Positions 11,398 through 23,459 are shown, counted from the stretch's first letter. The stretch is DNA of 38,342 bases from Nemertoderma westbladi (GCA_032718475.1 JAUCBJ010007199.1:1-38342); one strand, 5' to 3'. Notes: generated by a model from the letters alone, not told the origin. Numbers and translations: made by a program.

Positions 11398-14300
11398 GGT
11401 CTGCCGGATGAATCGGATTTAAATGGCTCAACTGGTGGTAGCTCGATCCTGGTCTTAAGCGCATCAATGAGTGTTGCCATACCCATCGCCTGTGCTTCCA
11501 ATGGGTCCGATGGATGCTGTACAGACTCTCCTGTTGGGTGCGGTTCACCCGTCGGGCCTGTTGATTTCTTCTGTGTCGGATATATCATTGGGGGTAACGG
11601 CCCCCTCCATATCTCCGTGTCGCACGATCTGTTCTGGTCCAGGGGGTTCTGTGTTATTATTCTCGGCTGAGTGTATTGCTGATATTGTAATGGGGGAATG
11701 TCACCCTGTCCCCCCCCCACCCCCCCCCCCCCCACCGGTGTTGCGTTTGGTACTGGGGTTGATGTTCATATATTAGGGCCCACACATCTATCGGCAATAA
11801 CCCCCCCCCCCCCCCTCCCCTGGGTATATGTTATGTCCCTGCATATTATAGTCATACTGGTGTGCAGGTACTGGTATAGGCCTATCCACCTCTTGCCTAC
11901 CTACCGGTATGTATGCCGTGACTTCCGGGTCTAATCCCATTGTCCGCCCTACCCTATCGCCTACACTATTTCTTCCAGCATGGCCTATAGTATGTGCAGT
12001 TAGGCCTACAGTATGTCCTGCAGTCTGCCTGTGTCCTTCCGGACCGAAGTTTAAGAAGTCCTCCCCGCGACTACCGTACTCTCGATCGGCAGCTACATCT
12101 CGTCGGTAAGTTTCTCTTTGATCCCCTCTCCTGTTCTCATCCTCGTATCGGTACATTCTGTACCCTTCTCCTGGTGTGCGGTATATCTTACCAGGCTGCG
12201 TCCCTCCGGTGCGACGGCAATCTCCCGGAGTTCGACCCCACTGACTCTCTAACTCCATCTCTACTACCGACGGTTCGCTATCCGTCCTCGCTCTCCGGTT
12301 GCTCGTAGCAACGCTTCTTCTATTCTCTTCACTTCTTCTCTCTTCAGTGTAGCGATCCCGCTCATGAGACCTTTCTTCGAACTCCTGGTTAAACTCCACT
12401 GTTCTTCTTCTCTCTTCCGACTGACGTCTTCTCGCTCGCCCGCTCCCGGCACTAACATCTCTCTCTCTACCAGGTTGGACGCTCCCGGGGACATTCGCAA
12501 TCCCCCTACTATTCTCCGTCGTCGGGTGCCGCAGTTCACCTAACTCACCCCGCGCATTATCCGCCGACGCTTGTGGGACATTCTCTGCCCCCCCCCCCCT
12601 CTCGCCACTAATCTCCCGTGTTGGGGCGCCCGTAGCCCCCCCCCCCCCCCCCCACTCGCCACTTCTTACTTCACTACCTCTTACTTCGCTTCTACGCCCC
12701 TCTTGTGGGACATTCTCTGCCCCCCCCCCCCTCTCGCACTAATCTCCCGTGGTGGGGCGCCCGTAGCCCCCCCCCCCCCCCCCCACTCGCCACTTCTTAC
12801 TTCACTATGTCCTACTTCGCTTCTACGCCCCTCTCTAGTCGACGCATTGTCTCTACTGCGGCTGGGTCTATTCACCCACGCCTCTCCCTCTACCACTGCG
12901 TGGCCTTGCAGGCTCCTGTCGGGTTGACTCACCCCCGCTCCTCCCTGCCTAACTGAGTGGCCTTGCAGGCTCCCATCGGGGTGGCTCACCCCCGTCTCTC
13001 CCTGCGTACTAACTACGTGGCCTTCCAGACTCTCGCTGGCCGGGCCACCTATGTCTCCTACATTTGTATTAATAGCGCCGTTACCAACAATATTATTATC
13101 TAAATTATTCAAATTATTGAAATTATTTCGTTCGGAGTTCGGATTATTATTTGAATTATTTTGTATATTTAAATTAGAATTAGGATTATTTTGTTCGTTT
13201 GAATTAGAATTATTATTTAGATTATTTTGTGCGTTTGAATTAGGGTTATTATTTTGTATATTTAAATTAGAATTACCGTTACCGGGTAAAAGACTGTTTC
13301 CTGCAATGAAAGTTTGATTAGGGCACTACGGTACTATTAATATTAATTTCTTCTAACGTATTATTATTACCCCCCCCCCCCCCCCCCCCTCCGCCCGCAC
13401 GGTTACACCAGTCCTGGGTCTGTCGTCCAGTGCCTGTAAGTGGGGTATTAACAAACGTCTCCATCACTTCTGGCTCCTCGTAAATACTCACCCGAACCAG
13501 CCTCACTCTCTGATAATCCCAACTGCGCCAGTTCTAACTGGCACTTCTGCTTAGCCTGATATTGCATAAGCCCCCTTAGCCGGGCATGCCTATCGTCCCG
13601 CATACGCTTTCCCACTCTCTCTCTCTCTCTCTCTCTATATCCTCTCGCAAACTTTGGTTCGCTAATTCTATCTCTCTCGCCTCTCGCTCTTTAAGCTCAT
13701 TCGTTTCTCTCTCTACCCTCGCTGCCTCTCTCTCTTCCCGCTCCCTACAGTTTCTCGCCACCCTCTCGGCCCTCTCTCTACACTCTCTCGCTAACTCTCT
13801 CTCTTTCTCTAATAACGCAGTTCCCTCATCCAGCTGCCTCTCTAACTCTTTCTGATCCAGCGCCACCATGTCTAGTTGACACGCCAGATCTATCTCTAAC
13901 ACCCTTCTTGCTTTTGCGGAGGATGTAGCGGACTTATCGGTCGCGACGGACTCCCGTCGCCTCTCTGTCCTACTAACTTTCCCCCGCTTTCTGGGGTTCT
14001 CGCTAACTGACGAGACCGAATCCTCGGGGTTAACCTCGGGTTTGCCCTCGTGCGGATCCGCCCAACCCACTAACTTAATTCCCCTAGCATCCACTAAGTA
14101 AGGCCCTACGTACACTACTTCAGGCTCCATAACCCCGGATCGCCACAGTTCAAACAGTTCGGTGGCGACCCCCCTCGCTCTCTCACTCGCCAGTTCTCCC
14201 TGTCCAAAACGGACTAAGTATCCGGAAATGTTTGTTCGACTCACCTAGCCTTTGTTGTAACTTAGGCTGGTCTACCTTTCCTCCCTCTCTGGCCTCCTTC

Positions 14301-14680
14301 AGTAACTTCTTAGCGGCGTTGTAGGCCCGTCGTAGCCGATCACTCGTCCCGACGTCCTCTTCGCCGACTCCTCCTCCTCTCCTGGTTCGGCGTCGTACCG
14401 GCGGCCCCACCGTCGCCGTTCCGGTGGGCCGTCCGTCGCCCTCAGCCTGTGGCTGGCCGGCGACTTCGGTACTCCGACCGCCGTCGTGCGTCGACTCGTC
14501 TCTCCCTCGTGGTTGACGGCCGCCCTCCGCTTGGGCTACCGGATCGTCCCTCGTCGGCGAATCCGGCGTCGCTGGCCGATACCGTCTCGTCGCGGCCTCA
14601 CGGATCGTTTGGTTGGTATCGTCCGGGGTCCGCGGCGGCGTCCTCTCTCCCTCAGATAATCGGGGCTCTCTGTCGCTCAT
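11394..14680 (-). pseudogene. Fragmented, very long low-complexity/coiled-coil N-terminal gag region of the BEL element
   Basis: Chain of minus-strand ORFs starting 54 nt from the 5' LTR (14680), including an E/R-rich coiled coil (13576-14244). Many frame breaks coincide with poly-C and CT runs, so they may be decay or sequencing indels. Confidence 0.65.
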
Positions 14681-14734
14681 CTTTGTTCTTTCTGTCTCTG
14701 GCAGTCACAGTTTATAGCAGTTGGAATTATTGAC

Positions 14735-15378
14735 TGTGACGGGATCAGAGATCCCGACCGGGTAATTTTAGTACGCGTCACCGTTCTGCTTTGGGATGGT
14801 GCTAACAGCTTGGCCGAGGCCGTTGGAGAAAAACAATAAGAGTTTGGTGTTGTCTCTTGATGTTAGAAAATGATAGCACAATTAATACGGCAGAAATACA
14901 GATATAATAGATACCGGTACGATAGTGCCGATGACGGTCAATAATTGTTACCGGTCTGCACTAAACTGAATAACCAACTGATGTACCAATCCAAGAATCT
15001 GACATAATATATGATTGATACACTAAATATTGCTTCACCTCCTACTCTACCTTGGCCTCCTACCCAATGGATGCTTTCCTGCTCCCTATCACGTGCTTCC
15101 CTCCCCTCTATTGGCTAATATGCTACTTGTCACCTTGGCACTCTCTGGGAGTGTTTCCCCTCTGCTGCTAGCCTCTACTAGCTGTGTTCCCTCCGAGGTG
15201 GTTTGACCTCTAACCTTCCTTTCTATGTGGCTTCGGGGCTTGTGTTGCCCCCCCCCCCCCCCCCAATGTTGGTTATGATACGAGATTAATATTGGTAATC
15301 TCGTATCTCCAACATATTGCTAAAATGCCACTATCCCATTTTCTGGTGGGTAATGAAGTGGAATTGAATCCGCTTACA
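14735..15378 (-). repeat. 5' LTR of BEL/Pao element (644 bp)
   Basis: Minus strand reads TGTAAG...GTCACA. A TATA-like TATATTA at 15011 lies 32 nt upstream of an Inr-like TCAGTT (A at 14979). Confidence 0.9.
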
Positions 15379-15778
15379 CTGGTTGGAGATGTGTGCATTG
15401 TACTTGACACAATGAACCCGGCGTAGCATTCTTGTGAATGTGCCATCCAGAGATTTGGTGTCCTCAGCAGTTAGAGCCCAGCATGGACTCCCATAGAGGA
15501 GTACTGGAACTACTGCTGCTCAAATAATCGGACCTTAAGTTTCCGATTAATTCTCGGTGACTTCCAAATCCTGGAAAGCCTATTCAAGGCTGCGGCTGCC
15601 CATGCCTTTCCCTTACGTATTCGAAGGTCCTCACCTAACTTCCGGATCCATGATCCCAGGTAACAGAAGTCGTCCACATGCTCAAGCATACCATCCTTTG
15701 AGCTTATGCTTATCCGATCAGAGACTTGCTGAGGACTTTCAAAGTTATCTGTCAAAATTTTGGTCTTTCTGGAGTTAA
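15379..15778 (-). mobile_element. RTE family 1 copy, 5' half
   Basis: Joins 7254-7606 exactly once one CTGGT is removed; encodes NSRKTKIL...FCYLGSW. Confidence 0.9.
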
Positions 15779-16287
15779 AAAACACAATCAGTTGAGATAT
15801 AAAAAATAATTTAAAAAGAGTCAACATGAAATAATGTAAATAATTGATGGCCCTACAAGATTTATTCACCATATTATTCTGCTCTGAATAGGAACGTTAT
15901 TGATTAGGCCGATCTATATTACATTATTTTGTAATGTAATCTAGATATCACTAGAAAGTCATTTATTTGTAGATTCCGAACTTGAAAATCGTTTCAAATT
16001 TCACCTAAAATTGCCACAGATATTCCGGTTAATGGGCATTTTTTAACGGGTTGCTGTAGCTAAATAATATTAAAATTGAAAAATCTGGCCAGGTACCGGT
16101 AGCTGCAGTAGATGAAGTGAAAATCTGAATAGAAAATTTGACTTAACAAAACAAAATATTTATATTTATATATTGTATATTGTATATTGAATCTTGTTTC
16201 TTCTATTTTTGGGTGAATTTGGACTTTCCTGTAATTGAATAATAATTAACGTATAAATTTTGTAAATTTTATGATTATTAGCTTAAC

Positions 16288-18693
16288 ATGCAAAGCGACC
16301 CCCCACGCTCACTTAGGCCTACAACTACAAGCCTGCCGATAATCTTGGGCACAGTGAAGAAAGAGGATGATATCATTCTTGACGAATTAGATAAAAATGA
16401 AGCAAATCATCTCCCCATGGTTGACAGCCTGACACTAGTATATAAAAGATTAATCCGCCCGCTTGAGAAAAAATATCATTACAAACAATTCCATTGTACA
16501 TCACTTAGCTTTACGCCAAAACCGATGATTCTAATGGTGGGACAATTTTCTAATGGGAAGACGACCTTTTTAGAGCACCTCTTGGGATGCCATATCCCAT
16601 TCTCTTACATTGCACCACAGCCGAGCACAGACAGGTTCCAGGTGGTGGAATGGGGCCAGAATGAGAGCGACATACCCGGGAACACATTGACTGCCGACAA
16701 AAACCGCCAATTTGAAGGTTTGAAAGAATTCGGGCAAAATTTCCTTGATCATTTGCATTGTACTGAGATGAATAATCCGGTGTTGAAGTATATCACATTG
16801 ATAGACACGCCCGGAATCTTTGACGGCAGCTATAATACCGATTACAACTTCAACCGCGTTCTAACATGGTTCGCTGACCGGGTCGTCAGGATTATACTTC
16901 TCCTTGATGTGAACAAACACGACATCTCCGAAGAATTCAAAGGTGCTATCGAGGCGCTGCTCACAAACAGAACAAAAATCCGTATTGTCTTGAACAAATC
17001 GCATTTGCTATCCCATGAGGAACTCATGAGAGTTTATGGTGCGTTTATGTGGTCATTAAAGAAAGTGTGGATGATTCATGAGGTGCCAAGGATCTACATC
17101 GGCTCATTCTGGGCTAAAGGACTCTCCTCGGATAGAAGCAGGAACGTTTTCATCAAGAAAGAACACGCTGAATTATTAAACGACATTCGTACTTTGCCCA
17201 GAGAAGCAGCGCAACGAAATATTGATTCTCTTATTAAACGATTTAATTCTGTCATAATCCATGGTTACATTATTGGCTACTTGAAAGACGAGATGCCATT
17301 AACGCGAACTCTCCAAAAGGAAACCACACAGAACCTCATGAAAAACCTACATAAGGTTTTCAACACACTCGGGAAAAAATTCAACAGACCACAAGCAGAC
17401 TTCCCGGACATTTCAGAAATGCGGCAAAAACTGAAGGCCTACCCTAACTTCAATGAATTTCACGGTTATAACGAATCGATATCGTTATTTCCCAACAAAA
17501 TGTCGGAAGTTTTTGCAAAACTGATTTTGATGAACGATAGAATTGGGCAACTACAAGGGGAAATCATGGTACCAGGCTCGGTGTTTGATGAATCACACGA
17601 ACGGATACACGGTGCTATCGGAAGAGATGAGTCGTGGTCTGAAGGTGTCGGGAACAGAGAGTGGATCGTGGACAAGTATATGTTCATCTATAGACCATTG
17701 TTCAAAACTATGGGTCCCATCGATAGAAGTGGACGTGGCTCGGCTACTCACATCCAAGCAATAATAAACAAGTCCGATCTTCAGGATGATGACATTTGCA
17801 AAGTTAGAAATTTGGTGAACATAAAGAAACGATGGAATCTCAATCTACAAGAGTTCGGATTGGCTATGTATTTGGTACAGAATAAAAAGATGAAGGAGGG
17901 GTCGTCAATACCCGATGAATTACCAGAGCATTTAAAACCACCACGACTTCGCAGACGGAGTGGAAGTTTATCAGGTGATGATTCCGGAAAATTAACCCCA
18001 CCAAAGATGCAACTGATGATGCAACGAAGCACTTGGGATACAACATTAGGTATGAATGTCGTAAGTGAATCAAGTTTCAGTGGTTCACCCATTTTAGAAT
18101 CAATGGATTCCGAATTTATGGCTGAAGAAACTTCCGATATTATAATAAATAACAATGCCCCCATTATCGATCCATCAACACAAACACCCCTGCCGCCCAC
18201 AGAACCAGTCAGAATGATGGGGGGCAGAAGTCTACAAGAAGGGACATCTCCAACATCGATGCATAGGAATAGACGACATACCATGAGTGCTACAAGACGA
18301 GATAATGCCACCACCGACCTTCCCCGCTACCCTCCACCACACCAACACCTACATGACACCATTGACACCGCTCACACCCGCCGTCCACTTCCGCCACGGC
18401 CCGTCCAGCAAGACCCGCCAGAACAGCTACCTACCGACGACCCTGTCTGCCGTCCCAGAACGACATCCACCCGACACACCAGATCGAAGAGGGACACCCC
18501 CTCGACTTCATCAGAAGATGTTCCACCTCGTACATCGGGGTTGTTTAGACGAGAAACTGTTGCATCATTTAAAGATGTCAAACAGAGGGAATTAACACAC
18601 CGCCAAATTGACTTTCGCAAAAAACGTCAAGCGCCTCCACCCCCGCTCAGTACTCAAGACCCGCCTCAACCCTCAACGTCCGAGGATGATTGA
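16288..18693 (+). CDS. EHD: EH-domain-containing dynamin-like ATPase (EHD/RME-1/Past1 family), divergent, single coding exon, with long C-terminal extension
   Basis: KPMILMVGQFSNGKTTF (P-loop), APQPSTD, IPGNTL, IDTPGI, DISEEF, RIVLNK, LMRVYGAFMWSL, RIYIGSFW, DFPD, EW.V and P.ELP.HL.PP align with EHD1-4 over about 550 aa. Confidence 0.92.
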   Translation: MQSDPPRSLRPTTTSLPIILGTVKKEDDIILDELDKNEANHLPMVDSLTLVYKRLIRPLEKKYHYKQFHCTSLSFTPKPMILMVGQFSNGKTTFLEHLLGCHIPFSYIAPQPSTDRFQVVEWGQNESDIPGNTLTADKNRQFEGLKEFGQNFLDHLHCTEMNNPVLKYITLIDTPGIFDGSYNTDYNFNRVLTWFADRVVRIILLLDVNKHDISEEFKGAIEALLTNRTKIRIVLNKSHLLSHEELMRVYGAFMWSLKKVWMIHEVPRIYIGSFWAKGLSSDRSRNVFIKKEHAELLNDIRTLPREAAQRNIDSLIKRFNSVIIHGYIIGYLKDEMPLTRTLQKETTQNLMKNLHKVFNTLGKKFNRPQADFPDISEMRQKLKAYPNFNEFHGYNESISLFPNKMSEVFAKLILMNDRIGQLQGEIMVPGSVFDESHERIHGAIGRDESWSEGVGNREWIVDKYMFIYRPLFKTMGPIDRSGRGSATHIQAIINKSDLQDDDICKVRNLVNIKKRWNLNLQEFGLAMYLVQNKKMKEGSSIPDELPEHLKPPRLRRRSGSLSGDDSGKLTPPKMQLMMQRSTWDTTLGMNVVSESSFSGSPILESMDSEFMAEETSDIIINNNAPIIDPSTQTPLPPTEPVRMMGGRSLQEGTSPTSMHRNRRHTMSATRRDNATTDLPRYPPPHQHLHDTIDTAHTRRPLPPRPVQQDPPEQLPTDDPVCRPRTTSTRHTRSKRDTPSTSSEDVPPRTSGLFRRETVASFKDVKQRELTHRQIDFRKKRQAPPPPLSTQDPPQPSTSEDD

Positions 18694-18882
18694 CCATCTC
18701 TTACAGCGGACTGCTTTGAGATGCCATAAATAGTGGCGGTCATTTTCTCTCAAGTGATGGATTCACTGTGTTTAGTAAAGGAACTACTACTGTGTTTTGG
18801 TACCACTGTGTTTTACTTAAAAAAAAATGTTTTTGAACATGTTAGCTATTTCTTTTTAAAAACAATTTTGTTCTAACACTAA

Positions 18883-19103
18883 GGCCGCGTTCTATTATAT
18901 TCACACTATATTCACACTACGCTATATTCACACTACCGCGTCAAAGTCAAAAGAAAATAATTATAGCTAGCTAGCAATACTAAATTATAATACATAATAT
19001 AGGCCTAATATAATACATAAGGGCATTCTAGAAAAAATAAAATTTCATGTGATGTGTTTTATATTTTGTTTTTTGACTTTGACTCGGTAGTGTGACCACG
19101 ACC
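18883..19103. mobile_element. PIF/Harbinger-type MITE
   Basis: TAA on both flanks. GGCCGCGTT..CACACTACCGCGTCAAAGTCAAAA is inverted as TTTTGACTTTGACTCGGTAGTGTGACCACGACC. Confidence 0.6.
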
Positions 19104-19937
19104 TAACACAGTCTATTTACATATACTGTATATTTTGTTCAGGAACACTTTTAAAATAGTATTTTTAATAATAATAATAATGCAGATATTTAAAGCAGCG
19201 CCTATTTCTAAAGTTAATAAGTTCCAAGGAGCTTGTAAACAGCATGCTCTATTAAAGAGTACAGTTTTCGTTAGTTTCTATTTGAAAATGACCTATTTAG
19301 ATGTGAGCTATTATATTTAAGAATACATTATGTTCTACAACAAATATATTTTGGTCTAAAATATTTGAAAATATTTTTTAGGCCAAATTTTGGGAATTTT
19401 TAATTTTTTTTATTTCATAATAATATAATAATACTACGTAAGCCTACCATTAATTACATTACAATTGCAAACCCGCAAAATTTTTCTCCAATTCTTAATG
19501 AGATTGCATGATATTTGAAACAGAGATAGTTTCCTCTCCCTCCTCATTTTGTGGGTTAGTCAGTATTTTTATTTTCGCATACTATTGCACCAGTTACACT
19601 TCAGTTATTCTTCAATAGTGTTATAGTTATTATTTATTTAGTTAAGTAATGTAGGTTAGAAAGCTGAAAACTGTAGCTGTAAGGTTAGAAAGCTGGTCAT
19701 GCAAGTATTCGAAATTTATACCGTCCTCTTTTAGAAATTGAGAAAATGTAATTTTTGTTTTCGCTTTCAATCTTTAGCTTCAAAGAAAATGGTGTCGCCG
19801 TCGAAATTGCACTAGTCGTACTGCAGTTATTAGTCATTCCTCAAGCTGATTGCTATGGAAAGATGCAGCTGAAGGGATTTCAAATATATTTGAAAATTTT
19901 ATTTTACAAAGTAACATTTTTCATTTTTATTCATACA

Positions 19938-20240
19938 TACTACTACTACTACTAGGTCGAGCGAACTCGGACAGTGGAAATGAGATCCTTCCAGGCTTCC
20001 CGATTCTCCATAGTTGTCGCAATTTCGTTTCTCCCAAGTTCAGTATCCCTTTCAAGTTGATCTATATATGTTATGGCCGGTAAGCCACGACTACGCTTTC
20101 CATGAGTTGGTTGCCAGAGAAGTAGATCTGGTATGACCTCGTCTTTACTTCGCCAGCAGTGCCCACTGAATCTTAATCTGCGTTCACGGAGGGTGGTTGA
20201 TACAGGCGGTATTGTACCATAAAGCTCGGCGTACGTCCAT
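19938..20240 (-). mobile_element. RTE-like LINE family 2, 3' fragment with (TAG)n tail
   Basis: ELYG..PVS..LRERRLRFSGHCWR...LLLWQP.HGKRSRG.P...YIDQL..DT...M.NRE.W, typical of the RTE ORF C-terminus. Confidence 0.85.
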
Positions 20241-21238
20241 GCGTTCATACATAAACAAAACAAAATATTCCAAATTTTATCGATTATCTATATTTGGAAT
20301 CGTTGCATGGCCATCTCTCCATCAGTACGACCAAAACACTAAGGTTGATGAATAACTGTGTTTTGTAACTTTTTGCAATATTGACGGAGACACATTTTTA
20401 TACGCAACTAAGGATTGAAGCAAAATATATAGAGCGAAGTATAGAGCGAAAGAATTCCTAGCCTATTGGAAATCAACAACAAGAATGCTAGAGGTCTCGC
20501 TACGCGGACCTAAAAATGGAGTATTTTAATTCGTTTATTTCATGTATATATTGCTCAGACAAGAAGTAAAACTGTTATACTATAGGCCTACTGTAATAGT
20601 AAAAAAGCACAAAACCCAAAATACAGTAGAACTATTTAAGTGGTTGCAAAAAATAAGAATTTTTGGAAAGCGAAGCAACAATAATATAGCAGGGTCTCTC
20701 CATCATTGTGAATTTGGAAGTGTTATACCGCAGTTATTCTTCAACCTTAGTAATTTATACCGCAGTTATTCTGAGACCGGGGGGAAAACTGGACGCAAAA
20801 CCCGCCTTGGCGAATTAATATCCCGCCTCAATGTTAAATTCTCAATTTAGGGAAAGGAGCAGGTTACAGTGGCACGTTATTTTAACCAAAACAATAAACT
20901 AAGCACAATAGAACAGGTTACAGTTTTATTTTTTAGAGAAATCAGCTGTTATTTGCGTCGAATTTCCCCTGGAGAGGGATGAATTTTTATTGCGTCCAGT
21001 TCCCCCCCCCCCCCCCCCCCCCCCCTATCTGGTTATTTTTCAACCTTAGTAATTTATACTGTACCGCAGTTATTATTCAACCTTAGTAATTTGTTGGTAC
21101 TGCTAGAAAACTGCCAATGCAATAAGATTGCAAATATGTAATGACCAGTTCAATAGAGAGTAAATGGGGTCCCACCCGATTGAATAAAAAACGTTTTTCA
21201 CGGCACGCACTTGAGGTCAGTATAGATTAAAACACCCC

Positions 21239-22057
21239 AACTAGCGTACCGAGGAATTGGAAAAGGGGGATGCGTTAGCTGTGCCGGACTTTGACACTTC
21301 CACCCCCCCCCCCCCCCCCCAACCCCGGCGCAGACCCAACCAAACAAAAAATCGTGCAGCAAAAATTAAAAAACAAATTTTAATCATATTGACACTGCCA
21401 CCCCCACAACCACCCACCCCCCCCCCCCCCCCTCCGGCAGATCCAACCAAACAAAAAAAAGGCGCGTAGCAAAAACGGAAAAATAAATTTTTATCATATT
21501 GACACTGCCACCCCCACACCCCCCCCCCCCCACCCCGGCAGACCCAACCAAACAAAAAAAAGCGCGTACCAAAAACGGAAAAATAAATTTTTATCATATT
21601 GACGAAATAGTCTGTAAAATTGATTAAGGCACCGACAGTTGTTAGTCAGTCAAATTTTCTTTCTCGTAGATTTTCAATGTTTTACTGAGACTTTCCTACC
21701 TACAGTAATTGTAAACAAACATATCACAATCGCAAACACCCATCAACATCAAGACTGTTGAACTTACGGTGACAATGTTTTAGTAATATTTTCTAGTTAG
21801 TGGGATTCTGGTTGATTGGTGTGGTGAGGTTGAGCCAACATGTTTCAAGGTAGCTAAAAGTTTTTCGAATTTTGAATTTCAGGTGTTACAATAAAGGATT
21901 ACGCACTCTGACGACTGATTATTATCAGTGCGGTCCACCTACAACTATACTCTCCAAAAGGAAACCTTTCCCTTTAAAGTATTAGGGGATCTTTTCGTAC
22001 TTTCTTTCAAGGGGGTGGTCATAGACACATGGCCTACCCCCCCTCCGTACGCTAGTG
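21239..22057. mobile_element. TIR element with internal ~100-110-bp tandem repeats (3 units, 21291-21603)
   Basis: ACTAGCGTACCGAGG at 21240 is inverted as CCTCCGTACGCTAGT at about 22042-22056. TTGACACT-polyC-CAGA.CCAACCAAAC units start at 21291, 21389 and 21499. No TSD found. Confidence 0.55.
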
Positions 22058-23459
22058 CGAGTGGAGCTCACAACTAGGACACTTATTTTCCCTTCTACCA
22101 TATATCCTACTCCATCACTATATTCTACACCACAACTTTGTACAACTGTGTCTGATCTGCCTGCTCTTTACTACACACTCTAGAAGACTCTTCTTTAGTT
22201 TATACTCCACGCTTCGTAACTTAGGCCAAGAGAAGAAAGATCAATTAGTATGGTTTCTGGGCGGGAAATTTAAAACCGGTGAATAAACTGAATACAGGCT
22301 GACAGGAATAATAGGAGGTTGTTATTGTGCAGTGCAATTTGCATGTGGCTGTCTGCAGGTCTGGCTGTCAGGCTGCAGGCTGTGTGCTGTACGCTGTGGC
22401 AGTGTGGCATGTGTGACAGATATAACTGTATAAGGACTGAAGGATGAAGCGTAGCGGCCGTAGCCGTAAGGCGTAAGCTACACCTTGTGCCTTGCTGGTT
22501 CTGCCTTGCAGCCTTGCTCCTTGTTCTGTTGTTTAAGTGTTGTTTTTATCCTGTAATGCGTGTATGACGGTCTGGCTGTCTGACTACTGGACTATAGGCT
22601 GATAGGAGGATAGCTGGATTGCGTGTTGTAGCATGGCATAGCCTCAGTTGTAGTGGTTGAGTTGTGGTAGTCAGGTAGTGCTGTAGTGCAGTAGTGTGCT
22701 CCTGATCCATCGTACAACGTCAGATCAGAACGTACTGACGTCAAGACTGCAAGACGTACAGACGTAGCTGCGCAGGGCAGGGCAGGGCCTACCTCTGTAC
22801 ATTGTCAGCTTGTTGATTCGGTTTACACATTGAAACAAACTATTGGTATAAAAATAGACCTACTACCGCAGTCAGTCATCATTTATGGATTCAATTACTT
22901 TATACTTTTTACTACCGGTAGATCTGTAGATAGGTACAATTACTGTCGCCCTACTGCCCTATCACCTATTAGATATTATGTTAATTGATAATGCTGTAAT
23001 GTGTTATTATAAAAGTCTGGTAATGCAATAATATTAGTAATAATTTCAAACTGATTGGATTTTCCATCCACGGTTTTGTTTTTTGGTATGGCAGTAGGGG
23101 CCTACCTATATAACCTATTACAGTATTCTGGTATTAGGCCTATATGTTCATTTATTGTATTATGTGATGTTATTCTGTGTGCAAACTGTACGTTGTACCT
23201 GGTAGTTTTCAACTATGGCGCCATGCTGCTATGTGCGCCTGTTGTTATGAATATAATAATTAAATTTAATAAATTTATGAGTTGCGATTTGCTGCTTTGC
23301 ATCACACCGTCACAATCAGACAATCTGATTGTTTGAGATCTTGATAGTGAGCAGTGAGGGTCTGAGAGTGCAGTTGATTCAGTCAGTCAGTTGGAGTACC
23401 GTACCGGTACGGCAGCACGCTCTACCCGTACCCGCTACCTAACAATCGCATAATCAACA

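Larger units (their letters stand above)
7607..15378 (-). mobile_element. BEL/Pao LTR retrotransposon, non-autonomous (gag-protease only)
   Basis: TG...CA termini, 5-bp TSD CTGGT (7602-7606, 15379-15383), two near-identical LTRs, and Pao-type gag/Zn-knuckle/protease ORF remnants on the minus strand. Confidence 0.9.

Noticed and set aside
8145-13855. Many plus-strand ORFs (e.g. 9599-10333, 244 aa)
   Set aside because: Antisense shadows of the purine-rich BEL coding strand; low complexity with no motifs.
20995-21030. Long poly-C/poly-G runs here and elsewhere as functional G-quadruplexes
   Set aside because: Pure homopolymers inside repeats; their length is unreliable and there is no independent support.
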